Shown here in pieces: positions 33,533-44,993 of a stretch of 64,000 bases of DNA. The translations under genes were made by a program, and so were the position numbers. Source of the stretch: a virus; IMG/VR virus record IMGVR_UViG_3300021963_000057, positions 40,627 through 104,626 of that record; one strand, 5' to 3'. The notes under the pieces are model-generated. The model ran no database searches. It was not told the origin of the DNA and worked only from the letters and a program-made list of their open reading frames with translations. The stretch's first letter is position 1. Every line of letters starts with the position of its first letter.

Positions 33533-36075
33533 TGTCAACTTTTTACACAAATGTTCAATCTCTAGGTGGTAGAATTCTTTACCGTGGTGTCAAAGACGGT
33601 AAAAAAATCAAACTAAAGATTGATTATGAACCACAGTTGTATCTTCCTGCACGTAGTGGCAAAGGTACACACAAATCACTTGATGGTTTAGACCTTGTTC
33701 CAAAACGATTTGATGGCATTCGTGAAGCCAGAGAATACGTCAAACAATATGATGGTCTTCCAGGTGCACCAAAAATCTATGGTAATACCAGATTTGAATA
33801 TGCATTTATCGCCGAACAACATCCAGATATGGTTGATTGGGAACAAGATAAAATCAGCATTGCAATTATCGACATTGAGGTTGGTTCGGAAAATGGTTTC
33901 CCTGATCCATATCTTGCAAATGAACCTATCACCGCCATCGCATTGACATTCTTAAATGGCCACACCTATGTGTTTGGTTGTGGTGATTTTCGTAATGACA
34001 ATCCAGATACAGTAACATACATTAAATGTAAAGATGAATACAGTCTTTGCAATAAGTTTCTTGAGTTGTGGTCTAGAATGTATCCAGATGTTATCACTGG
34101 CTGGAACACCAAGTTCTTTGATATACCATATCTTGTCAATCGTTTTCGCAAGATTCTTGGTGAAGATAAGGCCAAGATGTTATCACCATGGAACTATATC
34201 AGTGAACGTAAAACCAATATCAATGGTCGTTTGTTGATTGCATACAGTTTTGTTGGTATCGAATCACTCGACTACATTGAACTATACAAATGGTATGCGC
34301 CAGGTGGTAAGTCACAAGAATCTTATCGTTTGGATAATATTGCACAAGTGGAACTTGGTGAAGGCAAGATTTCTTATGATGAGTATGAAAACTTACACCA
34401 ACTTTACCGATTGAATTATCAACTGTTTATTGAATACAACATTAAAGACGTTGCGTTGATTATCAAACTTGAAGATAAATTGAAGTTATTGGAACTGGCC
34501 TTAACTCTTGCATATGATACCAAGTGTAACTATGAAGATGTATTTGCACAGACACGTATGTGGGATTCTCTGACATATTCCTATTTGCTGGGTAAAGACA
34601 TTATTGTTCCACCAAAAGAAGTGCAAGACAAAGATGCTGCGTTCGAAGGTGCATATGTCAAAGAACCACAAGTTGGTCTACACAATTGGGTTGCATCGTT
34701 TGACTTGAACAGTTTGTATCCACACTTGATGATGCAATATAACATTTCACCAGAAACGTTGATTGAACCGGAAAACTACACACAAGAAATGCGTGACATT
34801 CTTTCACAAGGTGTTACTGTTGATAAACTCTTGAAAAGACAAATTGACATGTCAAGTTTAGAAGGTGCCACATTAACACCTAATGGTCAATTCTTTCGTA
34901 CAGACATGCAAGGTTTCTTACCTAAGATGATGGTCGAAATGTATGATGACCGTAAGAAATTCAAAAAGATGATGTTGCAGGCACAACAAGAGTATGAAAA
35001 TGAGAAAGATGAATCTAAAAAATATGAAATCGAAAAACGAGTTGCAAGATATAACAACCTACAACTTGCAAAGAAGGTTTCTCTTAACTCTGCTTATGGT
35101 GCTCTTGGTAGCCAGTATTTCCGCTTTTATGATTTACGAATGGCTCTTGGCGTCACTACTGCTGGCCAGTTGTCTATTCGGTGGATTGAAGCTAAGATAA
35201 ATCAATATATGAACAAACTTCTCGGTACAGAAAATGATTATGTTATTGCTTCTGATACCGATTCTATCTATCTCCGTATGAGTGAGTTGATGGATAAGTT
35301 TGTTAAAGACCAAACAGATAAACAGAAAGTCATTTCTGTCATGGATAAAATCTGTGAAGAAAAGATTCAACCATATATCGACAAGTCATACCAAGAGTTG
35401 GCCGATTATGTCCACGCATATGCACAGAAGATGCAAATGAAACGTGAAGGTCTTTCCGACAAAGGTGTATGGACTGCCAAGAAACGTTATATTCTAAATG
35501 TGTATAACAACGAAGGTGTTCAGTATGCCGAACCACACATGAAAGTGATGGGTTTGGAAATGATTAAGTCTTCCACACCATCTGCTATCCGTGAGAAGAT
35601 GAAGGCTGCCATCAAGTTGATGATGACCGGTACAGAACAACAAGTACAAGACTTTATTGCCAACTTCAGGAAAGAATTTAGAACATTGCCTGCGGAAGAA
35701 ATATCTTTTCCACGTGGTCTAAATGGGCTAAATACTTATTCCGATCCAGTGATGTTGTTCAAAAAAGGAACACCTATTCATGTTCGTGGTGCAATCGTAT
35801 ACAACCACAATCTAAAACAACTAGGTCTAACTAAGAAATATCCACTTATTCAAGAGGGTGAAAAACTTAAATTTACCTATCTGAAAATGCCAAATCATTT
35901 TAAGAATGATGTGGTTTCTTTCCCTGGTAGAATACCTAAAGAATTCGAACTTGACAACTATATTGATTATGATGTACAATTCGACAAAGCGTTTCTGGAA
36001 CCAATTGGTGTTATTTTAAAGTGTATGAATTGGTCTGCGGAAAAAACTAATTCTTTAGAGGACTTTTTCGGATGA
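33532..36075 (+). CDS. gp43: Family B DNA polymerase
   Basis: DIEV exonuclease, SFDLNSLYP, KVSLNSAYG, SDTDS, KKRY; C-terminal clamp motif SLEDFF. Confidence 0.99.
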   Translation: MSTFYTNVQSLGGRILYRGVKDGKKIKLKIDYEPQLYLPARSGKGTHKSLDGLDLVPKRFDGIREAREYVKQYDGLPGAPKIYGNTRFEYAFIAEQHPDMVDWEQDKISIAIIDIEVGSENGFPDPYLANEPITAIALTFLNGHTYVFGCGDFRNDNPDTVTYIKCKDEYSLCNKFLELWSRMYPDVITGWNTKFFDIPYLVNRFRKILGEDKAKMLSPWNYISERKTNINGRLLIAYSFVGIESLDYIELYKWYAPGGKSQESYRLDNIAQVELGEGKISYDEYENLHQLYRLNYQLFIEYNIKDVALIIKLEDKLKLLELALTLAYDTKCNYEDVFAQTRMWDSLTYSYLLGKDIIVPPKEVQDKDAAFEGAYVKEPQVGLHNWVASFDLNSLYPHLMMQYNISPETLIEPENYTQEMRDILSQGVTVDKLLKRQIDMSSLEGATLTPNGQFFRTDMQGFLPKMMVEMYDDRKKFKKMMLQAQQEYENEKDESKKYEIEKRVARYNNLQLAKKVSLNSAYGALGSQYFRFYDLRMALGVTTAGQLSIRWIEAKINQYMNKLLGTENDYVIASDTDSIYLRMSELMDKFVKDQTDKQKVISVMDKICEEKIQPYIDKSYQELADYVHAYAQKMQMKREGLSDKGVWTAKKRYILNVYNNEGVQYAEPHMKVMGLEMIKSSTPSAIREKMKAAIKLMMTGTEQQVQDFIANFRKEFRTLPAEEISFPRGLNGLNTYSDPVMLFKKGTPIHVRGAIVYNHNLKQLGLTKKYPLIQEGEKLKFTYLKMPNHFKNDVVSFPGRIPKEFELDNYIDYDVQFDKAFLEPIGVILKCMNWSAEKTNSLEDFFG

Positions 36076-37367
36076 TATTTTTAACCTTACTAACAGCAAT
36101 AGCATTATCGGCCGTTGCTGGTTACTATTCTGTTATTGGTTTAGCAGAAATCTTTCCAGGTTCTTTCTGGCCAGTCATTATTATGGGTTCGATACTTGAA
36201 GCATCGAAACTAGTAACTGTATCTTGGTTGTATAGGAACTGGAAAAAATGTCCAATATTAATCAAATCCTATTTGTCAGTTGCCGTAACGATTTTGATGT
36301 TGATTACTTCCATGGGTATCTTTGGTTTCTTATCAAAGGCCCATCTGGAACATTCATCAGATAATGCACCACTTGTGGATAAAATTGCATTACTGGATGA
36401 AAAGATTAAAACGGAGAAAGAAAATGTCGAAGCAAACCGCAAGGCAATTAAACAGTATGATGAGGTTGTGGACCAAACTATGGGTCGCTCAACTGATGAA
36501 AAAGGTGCCGCAACAGCGCAAGCAATACGGCGTTCCCAACAGAAAGATAGGACTAGAATACTACAAGAAATTCAACAGTCGCAAGCCGCCATTGCCAAAT
36601 ACTCCGAGGAACGTGCGCCTCTATCTACAGAGCTTAAAAAGGTCGAAGCGGATATCGGACCAATCAAATACATTGCAGCCTTGGCGTATGGTACAGAGGC
36701 TTCTACAGATATTATCGACAAAGCAGTAAGACTTGTTATTCTATTGATTATTGTTGTGTTTGATCCATTGGCAATTTTATTGTTGATTGCATACAACATG
36801 TCAATGAAAGAAAAAGAAGGTTACAATGATGTTGAGACATTCTTTAAACGTGCTAGAGAAACTGCCAAAGAATTGGATGAAGAATCTAAAAAAGGTTTTG
36901 TAGCACAAGAGATTGCATCTGTGATACCTGAAGCGGTAATAGAAGAAGAACCTGAAACTGTGTCTGTCAATAGTGAATTGGTTATGGCTCACATGGTGAA
37001 AGCACTTCAAGAATTAAATGAAAAAGTTGATAATCGTGTTGATCCACATGCATACTTAAAGAAACCATTTAAACACTTTGAGAATTTGAAACCAATGGTT
37101 GCACCAGTTAAACAAATACCTGAAGCAATACCTGTTGAACAACCAAAACAAGATACTGTTGAAATTAAAAAAGATAACATGATTGTAATTGATGATGTGA
37201 CTGGTGAAACAATACCACCAATTACACATGAAAAAGTCGAGGTTCATGTGGCACCAGGAATGCATGAAGAACATCATGTACCTATTAAAACACTTGAACC
37301 TAAGTATGATTATGAAGAACCTTATTCGTTCAAAGAAAAAGAAGTTCGTGATGCTGGTAAATTTTAA
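36072..37367 (+). CDS. Membrane-anchored coiled-coil hypothetical protein
   Basis: N-terminal TMs, coiled coil, VVFDPLAI TM, acidic tail. Confidence 0.75.
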   Translation: MIFLTLLTAIALSAVAGYYSVIGLAEIFPGSFWPVIIMGSILEASKLVTVSWLYRNWKKCPILIKSYLSVAVTILMLITSMGIFGFLSKAHLEHSSDNAPLVDKIALLDEKIKTEKENVEANRKAIKQYDEVVDQTMGRSTDEKGAATAQAIRRSQQKDRTRILQEIQQSQAAIAKYSEERAPLSTELKKVEADIGPIKYIAALAYGTEASTDIIDKAVRLVILLIIVVFDPLAILLLIAYNMSMKEKEGYNDVETFFKRARETAKELDEESKKGFVAQEIASVIPEAVIEEEPETVSVNSELVMAHMVKALQELNEKVDNRVDPHAYLKKPFKHFENLKPMVAPVKQIPEAIPVEQPKQDTVEIKKDNMIVIDDVTGETIPPITHEKVEVHVAPGMHEEHHVPIKTLEPKYDYEEPYSFKEKEVRDAGKF

Positions 37368-37377
37368 AGGATGAAAT

Positions 37378-38445
37378 ATGAGTATATTAGATAAAATTAA
37401 AAAGAATAGTAGTATCAAAGATTCTGCTATCTTAGCTAAATCAAAATTCTTCAATGAGAAGGATATGATTCCAACAGCAGTGCCGATTATTAACGTGGCA
37501 CTTTCTGGTAAATTAGACGGTGGTCTAACACCAGGTCTTACAATGTGGGCAGGTCCATCCAAACACTTTAAGACAGCATTTTCCTTATTGATGGCCAAAT
37601 CTTACTTGGACAAATATGAAGATGCAGCACTATTATTCTACGATTCGGAGTTTGGTACTCCGCAGTCTTACTTTGATTCTTTTGGCATCGACACTAACAG
37701 GGTGCTCCATACTCCTCTTACAGATATTGAACAACTCAAATTCGATGTGATGGCACAGTTGACACAATTGGAACGTGGTGATAAATTAATTATCGTCATT
37801 GATTCTATTGGCAACTTAGCATCAAAGAAAGAAGTTGAAGATGCATTGGCGGAAAAATCAGTTGCTGATATGTCACGTGCAAAACAAGTTAAGAGTTTGT
37901 TTCGTATGGTAACACCACACTTGTCTTTGAAAGACATTCCAATGATTGTTGTTAACCATACATACAAAGAGATTGGTATGTTCCCGAAAGATATTGTTGG
38001 TGGTGGTACTGGTTCATACTACTCAGCGGATAATATCTTTATTATTGGTAGACAACAAGAAAAAGACGGTACAGAAGTTACCGGTTACAATTTCATAATT
38101 AACGTAGAGAAAAGTAGATATGTCAAAGAAAAATCTAAAATACCTGTGTCTGTATCTTTTGACGGTGGTATTAGCACTTGGTCTGGTTTGTTGGACCTTG
38201 CTTTGGAATCCAAGCATGTGGTTAAACCAAAAAATGGTTGGTATCAACGTGTTGACGCTGATGGTGTGATTGAAGAAAAGAATTACCGTGAGAAGGACAC
38301 CGATTCCAAAGAGTTCTGGATGCCTATTCTTAAACAGAAATCTTTCCGTGATTTCATTGAGAACAAATACCGTGTGGCCGCCGGAGAAATTATGACAAGT
38401 AATGTCGATGAAACATTTGACATTGAAACTATGAATGGTGCATGA
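37378..38445 (+). CDS. uvsX: RecA-like recombinase UvsX
   Basis: GPSKHFKT, YDSEFG, DSIGNLAS, GGGTG. Confidence 0.96.
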   Translation: MSILDKIKKNSSIKDSAILAKSKFFNEKDMIPTAVPIINVALSGKLDGGLTPGLTMWAGPSKHFKTAFSLLMAKSYLDKYEDAALLFYDSEFGTPQSYFDSFGIDTNRVLHTPLTDIEQLKFDVMAQLTQLERGDKLIIVIDSIGNLASKKEVEDALAEKSVADMSRAKQVKSLFRMVTPHLSLKDIPMIVVNHTYKEIGMFPKDIVGGGTGSYYSADNIFIIGRQQEKDGTEVTGYNFIINVEKSRYVKEKSKIPVSVSFDGGISTWSGLLDLALESKHVVKPKNGWYQRVDADGVIEEKNYREKDTDSKEFWMPILKQKSFRDFIENKYRVAAGEIMTSNVDETFDIETMNGA

Positions 38446-38768
38446 TGGTAGAAGGAATAGATTACTGCTTCATCTATCCAAAGGATGATAAAACAGCAGT
38501 CAACATTAAATTTTTGGAAGGTCCTTACAAAGATACCATCTTCAAATATGGTAAAGTTAAATTTAAGGAAGAAAACGAACAGGTCTATTTACTTTTTGCT
38601 TATGATGTGTTAGAATCACCAGTCAAGAAGCCAGCCAAGCTGGAAAAAGATAGTGACTTTAAAAATTATATTGGTGACTTATTGGTAGAAATAATGTCAT
38701 CTAACATGGAACAGGAAGTGATTGATGAGACTGGAACAAACGATTCTCAAGAATTTAATTTACAATGA
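38442..38768 (+). CDS. Hypothetical protein between uvsX and gp41
   Basis: Coupled ORF. Confidence 0.7.
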   Translation: MMVEGIDYCFIYPKDDKTAVNIKFLEGPYKDTIFKYGKVKFKEENEQVYLLFAYDVLESPVKKPAKLEKDSDFKNYIGDLLVEIMSSNMEQEVIDETGTNDSQEFNLQ

Positions 38769-40116
38769 AGAATACTTACGTAAGGTACTCCCGTTCATCA
38801 AAGAGGATTACTTCCCGGATAGGACCGACAGAGCAATCTTCATTGAGATTTCCAAGTTCACAGAATCTTACAATTCTCCACCAACGATTGAAGCACTTGA
38901 ATTGGCCGTCAAAGAGAGGCGAAATCTCACAGATGATGAAGTGGAGAAGTGCGAGACTAGTCTACAAGAGATTGTTAAATCTAAAGAAGAAATCTCCAAG
39001 ATTGACTGGCTGGTTGATAAAACCGAAAAATTCTGCCAAGAGAAGGCCATATACAATGCTGTATTGGGGTCTATTTCCATCCTTGACGGAAAAGACAAGA
39101 CCCAAGATAAAGGGTCTATACCTAAATTACTTTCCGATGCGTTAGCAATTTCTTTTGATAGTTCGGTCGGTCACGATTACTTGGAAAACTCCGATGAACG
39201 ATATGAATTCTACCACAGACATGAAGAAAGAATTCCTTTTGACCTAGAATTCTTCAACAAGATTACAAAAGGTGGTTTGCCTAACAAAACACTTAACATT
39301 GCTCTTGCGGGTACTGGTGTTGGTAAATCATTGTTCATGTGTCACGTGGCCGCAGGTGCTATGGTACAAGGCAAGAATGTTCTTTATATCACCATGGAAA
39401 TGAGTGAAGAAAAGATTGCTGAACGTATTGATGCCAACTTATTGAACGTCACAGTAGATGACCTTGTGAATTTACCGAAAGATATGTATGATAAAAAGAT
39501 TGAAAGACTTCGTGAAAAGACTGTTGGAAAACTTATCATTAAAGAATATCCAACAGCGTCTGCAAGCAGCACACACTTTCGGACCTTACTCAATGAGCTC
39601 AATCTTAAAAAGTCTTTTGTTCCTGATATTATTTTTATTGATTATCTCAATATTTGTTGCTCATCGAGGATCAAGGCCGGAGCTAACATCAACTCCTACA
39701 CCTACGTCAAGTCCATTGCAGAAGAGCTGCGAGGTCTTGCCGTTGAGTTCGGAGTACCTATTGTTTCTGCGACACAAACAACTAGAGGTGGATTTACTTC
39801 TTCCGATCCCGGACTCGAAGACACAAGTGAGTCTTTTGGTTTGCCCGCTACAGCTGACTTGATGTTTGCTCTTATTTCTTCCGAAGAACTAGAAGAAATG
39901 GGACAGATTATGGTGAAACAGTTGAAGAATCGTTATAATGATCCAACATATTTCAAACGTTTTACACTAGGCATAGATAGAGCAAAGATGAGACTATTTG
40001 ATGTTGAACAATCGGGTCAAGATGGCATTACAGATTCTGGCCAAGATAAACCACTCAACACATTTGGTAACAGAGAGAAACCACAGAAGAAATCATTTGA
40101 TGGATTTAAAGTATGA
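38725..40116 (+). CDS. gp41: Replicative DnaB-like helicase
   Basis: AGTGVGKS, IDYLN, SATQTTR, SESFGLPATAD, KQLKNRY. Confidence 0.97.
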   Translation: MRLEQTILKNLIYNEEYLRKVLPFIKEDYFPDRTDRAIFIEISKFTESYNSPPTIEALELAVKERRNLTDDEVEKCETSLQEIVKSKEEISKIDWLVDKTEKFCQEKAIYNAVLGSISILDGKDKTQDKGSIPKLLSDALAISFDSSVGHDYLENSDERYEFYHRHEERIPFDLEFFNKITKGGLPNKTLNIALAGTGVGKSLFMCHVAAGAMVQGKNVLYITMEMSEEKIAERIDANLLNVTVDDLVNLPKDMYDKKIERLREKTVGKLIIKEYPTASASSTHFRTLLNELNLKKSFVPDIIFIDYLNICCSSRIKAGANINSYTYVKSIAEELRGLAVEFGVPIVSATQTTRGGFTSSDPGLEDTSESFGLPATADLMFALISSEELEEMGQIMVKQLKNRYNDPTYFKRFTLGIDRAKMRLFDVEQSGQDGITDSGQDKPLNTFGNREKPQKKSFDGFKV

Positions 40117-41219
40117 AATTAGAATTTAATGATGCAGTACATTGTGCCAAAGTATTTGAAGATTACTTTGGTAACTTTGACCGTATTGATGAATATATGC
40201 GTGACCAGAAGTTGAATTCTCTGGCTGAACTTCCAGCCAATCCATTGTTTCCAATTGAAGATGAGTTATTTCAAGACTTCACAATGAAACCGGAAGATAT
40301 GGATTTTGAAGTTGTTGAGATTGATACCGAAACATGGACCAATCTATTGAACATCACTTCATCACATGTGAATATTCCACCAGTTGGTCGTAATGTCAAA
40401 GTGGCAGTACGTGAGAAGAACACAGGAAAGTACGTAGGTTTCATCCGTCTTGGTTCACCTGTAATCAACTGTAAACCTCGTAATGAATTGCTTGGACAAG
40501 TGTTTACACAAAAACCTGAGTGGGGTAAACGATTCAACAACTCTGCAATGATGGGTTTTGTTATCGTACCTGCACAACCATTTGGTTATAATTATCTTGG
40601 TGGTAAACTTCTGGCTGCAATCTGTACGTCACATGAAGTACGTGAGATTGTGAATAAGAAGTATGGTATGAATTTATGTTTGTTTGAGACTACCAGTTTG
40701 TATGGTAGTTCTAAGACTGTATCTCAATATGATGGTATGAAACCATATATCAGATATAAAGGTCTGACAGATTCTGATTTTCTGCCGATGATGCACGGTA
40801 AACCTTATTCAGACCTACGTGATTTCGTGCAGGATAAAGTCGGACCTTTGGTTGAAGATGATGCTTCTAGTAAGAAACTAAAAATCTCCATGAAGATTAT
40901 ATCACTTACTAAAGCAGCACTTAAAGGTACACCTGAAGGGGATACATTCTTAGCAACGATTGAGAAGGCCAAGGGGTTGACAGAACAAAAAAGATATTAC
41001 ATTAGTGATTATGGTTTCAGTAACATGGTCGACTATGTAAATTGTAAGACGGACGTGCTTATTCCTGGTGAAAATTATGAGAAACACAATCTGGTAAACT
41101 TGATTGAATGGTGGAGGAAAAAGGCTTGTAATCGGTATGAAACATTGTATAATGAAAACCGTTTGAAGAATGAACTTGAAATTTGGACTTCCGGAAAGGA
41201 GATCCAAATTATAAGATAA
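40113..41219 (+). CDS. DUF4338 / DruA-like protein (copy 2)
   Basis: PFGYNYLGGKLLA, ETTSLYG..SQYDG shared with ORF 12378. Confidence 0.65.
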   Translation: MKLEFNDAVHCAKVFEDYFGNFDRIDEYMRDQKLNSLAELPANPLFPIEDELFQDFTMKPEDMDFEVVEIDTETWTNLLNITSSHVNIPPVGRNVKVAVREKNTGKYVGFIRLGSPVINCKPRNELLGQVFTQKPEWGKRFNNSAMMGFVIVPAQPFGYNYLGGKLLAAICTSHEVREIVNKKYGMNLCLFETTSLYGSSKTVSQYDGMKPYIRYKGLTDSDFLPMMHGKPYSDLRDFVQDKVGPLVEDDASSKKLKISMKIISLTKAALKGTPEGDTFLATIEKAKGLTEQKRYYISDYGFSNMVDYVNCKTDVLIPGENYEKHNLVNLIEWWRKKACNRYETLYNENRLKNELEIWTSGKEIQIIR

Positions 41220-41240
41220 ATACTTTTTTTGAGGGTTATT

Positions 41241-42317
41241 ATGGCCTATACATTTTTTCCAAAAACAGCAACCGAAATCAAACAAACTTTAAAAGGCGAC
41301 AAAGCAAAGATAGATGATATTATCAATGTCTTTGCTTATTTGAAATCAAAATTTCCAAAAGTCGAAACTCCAATCAATGTTGATCCTGCAGCAATTGCTA
41401 AGATTAATGTTACAAGAGATTTACAAACTGATATTGACCTTGCAAAGATAAAAAGAGAAGCCAAAGTTACAAAAATTACCATGAAATATGGTTCTGGATC
41501 ATCTGGCGGCCGAGGTGTACAGAACAAAGGTAATGCATATGAAGGACAACTTGCAGACGCATTGAGACAATGGTGGAAAGGTGAAAAAATAACTGATCCA
41601 AAATTGTTGCAAGCAGTAGATGATGTAGTTAAACTTCATGATTTAAAAAAATGTAAAAGCCTAGAAGTCAAAGAGGTTGGTGAACTCAACAACAAAAGAC
41701 CTTTCATCTTCTCACCACAAGTTCTCATTTCGTCAAAAATTCCTGTACATGATAATAATTTGGGGCCAGTTGTTACCGACATTACATTGATTTGCGATAA
41801 AAAAGAAATCTATCTAAGTTTGAAAACTGGTGGTACTGTTACATTTTTCAACTCGGGTGTTAGGACTGTTCTTTCTCCGGCCGAAATCAAAACCGGAAGA
41901 ATTGCCAACAAGGATGGTTTGAAAATACTTAATATGTTTAATATTAATGATGCTTTGTTTTGTGACATTTTTAATGGTAAACTTAAACAAGGTTATGTTG
42001 AAGATGTTTGGAAAACAATGTCAGCAAAACAAAAAAGTGAATTGAAAAACTTTTTGATTTCTGGTGTTGGCCATGGATATACGATTGTACATAAACTGAC
42101 GGGTAAAACTGAAGTGTATGAGATTGACAAAAAGTATATGATGGAGGCTGCAACACCTAAATCGTGCAACGTCTACTATGGTGGTAAATCGGGAACAGGT
42201 AAGCGTATTGACATGGAAATAGAAACAGGTCATTACATTCTTAAACTAAACATACGTGATACACAAGGTGGTGATGGTTATCCTACCCGTATGATGTGTG
42301 ACTACTCTTACATTTAA
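41241..42317 (+). CDS. Putative PD-(D/E)xK-type nuclease
   Basis: GNAYE ... TDITL ... YLSLK pattern. Confidence 0.45.
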   Translation: MAYTFFPKTATEIKQTLKGDKAKIDDIINVFAYLKSKFPKVETPINVDPAAIAKINVTRDLQTDIDLAKIKREAKVTKITMKYGSGSSGGRGVQNKGNAYEGQLADALRQWWKGEKITDPKLLQAVDDVVKLHDLKKCKSLEVKEVGELNNKRPFIFSPQVLISSKIPVHDNNLGPVVTDITLICDKKEIYLSLKTGGTVTFFNSGVRTVLSPAEIKTGRIANKDGLKILNMFNINDALFCDIFNGKLKQGYVEDVWKTMSAKQKSELKNFLISGVGHGYTIVHKLTGKTEVYEIDKKYMMEAATPKSCNVYYGGKSGTGKRIDMEIETGHYILKLNIRDTQGGDGYPTRMMCDYSYI

Positions 42318-42318
42318 A

Positions 42319-42621
42319 ATGGCACTAACTGATTTCGATAAAATTTTAAAAAGTTACGAAGATACTGAAAATGATTTCGGTTTCTCCGCTATATCTGAAC
42401 ATGAATACAACTCTACAATCAAAGAGAGTGTGCAGACTGTTGAGAATTACAAAGTCAATTTGTCTGAAACGGAAAGACGTTTGGCTGAAGTGGAGAAGAT
42501 GATTATCCCTTTCCTAAAGAAACTACATAGTACAGGAGATAAAGAATATATCTACTGGCCTAATCGTAAACCAGCAATTGAAAAACAGATTGAGGCAATT
42601 TTAAAATTAACTAGAGGATGA
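42319..42621 (+). CDS. Hypothetical protein
   Basis: DFGFS ... EYIYWPNR. Confidence 0.7.
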   Translation: MALTDFDKILKSYEDTENDFGFSAISEHEYNSTIKESVQTVENYKVNLSETERRLAEVEKMIIPFLKKLHSTGDKEYIYWPNRKPAIEKQIEAILKLTRG

Positions 42622-42627
42622 TAAATT

Positions 42628-43347
42628 ATGAAGCCGTTAGTGACTGTGATTACACCTACAACAGGTGCACCGTATCTACGCCAAGCGATAGAGTCGGTTA
42701 AAAATCAAACTTATGATAACATTCAACACTTAGTTGTTGTAGATGGACAACCAAAAGGTCGTGTGATTGCTAGAGAATATCCACACCTTGATGTAATCGA
42801 CCTCCCATACCCAACAGGAACCGACCGGTTCAACGGACACCGAATCTATGGTGCATCAGTCTACCTTGCAAAAGGTGACTTGGTTTGTTTCTTGGATGAA
42901 GATAACTACTATGATTACACACATATTGAATCTCTTGTGGATGTAATTCAAAGAGGTAATGATTGGGCTTATTCTTTACGTAAGATTGTAGACAAAGATG
43001 GTAATCATGTCTGTTTGGATGATTGTGAATCATTAGGTAAATGGGAATCTTGCATTGGTGATTATTTTGTTGACGTTGGTTGTTTCTTTTTACCAAAGAT
43101 GATTGCAATTCAAACAAGTCCAATCTGGTACCGTAAGGCAAGAGAACCAGGAGTACCAGAAGTTGATAGAATGTTGACTCACGTATTGAGAAACAACAAC
43201 TTGAAATACGACACTAATGCAAATTACAGTTTGAACTATCGTACAGGCAACACCCATTTGTCTGTACAATCTGAATTCTTCTTACAAGGAAATAAGAAGA
43301 TGCTTGAAAAATATAATGGAGATTTACCATGGAACAAAAAGACCTAA
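42628..43347 (+). CDS. Glycosyltransferase family 2
   Basis: VTVITPT, SVKNQTY, VVDG, FLDED. Confidence 0.9.
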   Translation: MKPLVTVITPTTGAPYLRQAIESVKNQTYDNIQHLVVVDGQPKGRVIAREYPHLDVIDLPYPTGTDRFNGHRIYGASVYLAKGDLVCFLDEDNYYDYTHIESLVDVIQRGNDWAYSLRKIVDKDGNHVCLDDCESLGKWESCIGDYFVDVGCFFLPKMIAIQTSPIWYRKAREPGVPEVDRMLTHVLRNNNLKYDTNANYSLNYRTGNTHLSVQSEFFLQGNKKMLEKYNGDLPWNKKT

Positions 43348-44189
43348 TCATAGGCGCATTTAAAAACTATAACTACGAACAAGTCAAGCCTTGGATTGAA
43401 TCAATCAATGAGTGTGGTTTCAAAGGCGATAAAGTACTGATTGCAATTGACGCAACACAAGAAACAATCAACAAGATTACACAAGCCGGATTCATTGCTA
43501 TATCAGCAAAATCTATGTCTGGTGCAATGTTTCATATGGAACGTTTCATTCACATCTATGACTATCTGAAAAAACATCGTGATGAATATCGTTATGTTGT
43601 TAGTACGGATGTGCGTGATGTAATCTTTCAAAAAGACCCTATGGAATATTTGTCACATATCATTACCAGAAATTCTGGTTATGAATTGATTGGTGTTTCG
43701 GAGTGTATCAAAATTAAAGATGAACATTGGAACCGTGATAACATTTTAAAGTGTTTTGGTCAATATTTTTATGAAGATATTAAAGACTATGAAGTTTTAA
43801 ATGTTGGTACATTGGCCGGTCTTTCTCATGTTGTTTGTGATTTGTGTGGTATGTTATATCAGTTATCCATGAATAGAGCAGATTGGGTTGCTGACCAAGC
43901 TGCATATAATGTATTGACAAGTTGGTATCCATACATTGACAAAATTTATATCAGTGGTTTGAATGATGGTTTCTGTTGCAACTTACACGTTACTAACAAA
44001 CCAGTTGAGAAAGAACACTTCGCACCATTTATTACGGAAAAACATCCAATCTTTGAGGATGGTGTGATGAAAACCGGTGATGGTCAACCATACTACATTG
44101 TACACCAATATGACCGTGATCCAGAATTGAAGAAATTTTATCATGATAAGTATAAGGTTGAAGAATTAATTACTTTTAGGACAATATAA
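43329..44189 (+). CDS. Glycosyltransferase-like protein
   Basis: TDVRDV, LNVG, DQAAYN, VHQYDR. Confidence 0.7.
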   Translation: MEQKDLIIGAFKNYNYEQVKPWIESINECGFKGDKVLIAIDATQETINKITQAGFIAISAKSMSGAMFHMERFIHIYDYLKKHRDEYRYVVSTDVRDVIFQKDPMEYLSHIITRNSGYELIGVSECIKIKDEHWNRDNILKCFGQYFYEDIKDYEVLNVGTLAGLSHVVCDLCGMLYQLSMNRADWVADQAAYNVLTSWYPYIDKIYISGLNDGFCCNLHVTNKPVEKEHFAPFITEKHPIFEDGVMKTGDGQPYYIVHQYDRDPELKKFYHDKYKVEELITFRTI

Positions 44190-44992
44190 TGATTACTATC
44201 GTTACTGCTTTTTATGACATTGGCCGTGGTGAATGGACACCAGATAAGGGACTGCCACATTATCTACAGAGAACTACTGATACATACATCGAGCGTTTTT
44301 CACATATGGCTCAGATGGAAAACGAAATGGTTGTATTCTCTACACCGGATATTATTGAGAAACTGAAACCTTTGCGTGGTGATAGACCAACAAAATTTGT
44401 TTCATTTGATATATTTGATAAGTATAAAGATTTGATTAGAGATGTACACAACATTCAAAAGACTGATGCATTTCAGAATCTAATCATTCCACAACAACGA
44501 GCAAATCCTGAATATTGGAATGCACACTATGTTGTTGTCAACTTTCTCAAGTCTGTGTTTGTAAATTTAGCAATCAGACACAATATGGTTAGTAATGAAT
44601 TGGTTTCTTGGTTGGATTTTGGTTACTGTCGTACAGCAGATAAAGTTCCCGCAAGTAAAAAATGGTCTTATGATTTTGATGTTAATAAAATGCACTTATT
44701 CAATTACAAAGAATATGATGGTAAACCGATACATGAGATAATTGCAACAAACGATGTTTATATTCTTGGTGCAAAGATTGTTGGTGGTGTAACAGCATGG
44801 CCTAAATTTGAATCTGCAATGAAAGAGAATTTGGTTGACTTGGGCACGAACGGTTTAATTGATGACGACCAGACACTTATGTTAATGTCAACAATTAGAT
44901 ATCCAGAATTGTTTGAACTACACAAGATTCCAGACCACCAACTCGGTCTTGATCCGTTTGTTATTTTTAGTGACTTTAATAAAGAGGTATAA
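44189..44992 (+). CDS. HtrL/WlaTC-like glycosyltransferase
   Basis: TIVTAFYDIGR, WLDFG, DDDQ. Confidence 0.8.
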   Translation: MITIVTAFYDIGRGEWTPDKGLPHYLQRTTDTYIERFSHMAQMENEMVVFSTPDIIEKLKPLRGDRPTKFVSFDIFDKYKDLIRDVHNIQKTDAFQNLIIPQQRANPEYWNAHYVVVNFLKSVFVNLAIRHNMVSNELVSWLDFGYCRTADKVPASKKWSYDFDVNKMHLFNYKEYDGKPIHEIIATNDVYILGAKIVGGVTAWPKFESAMKENLVDLGTNGLIDDDQTLMLMSTIRYPELFELHKIPDHQLGLDPFVIFSDFNKEV

Positions 44993-44993
44993 T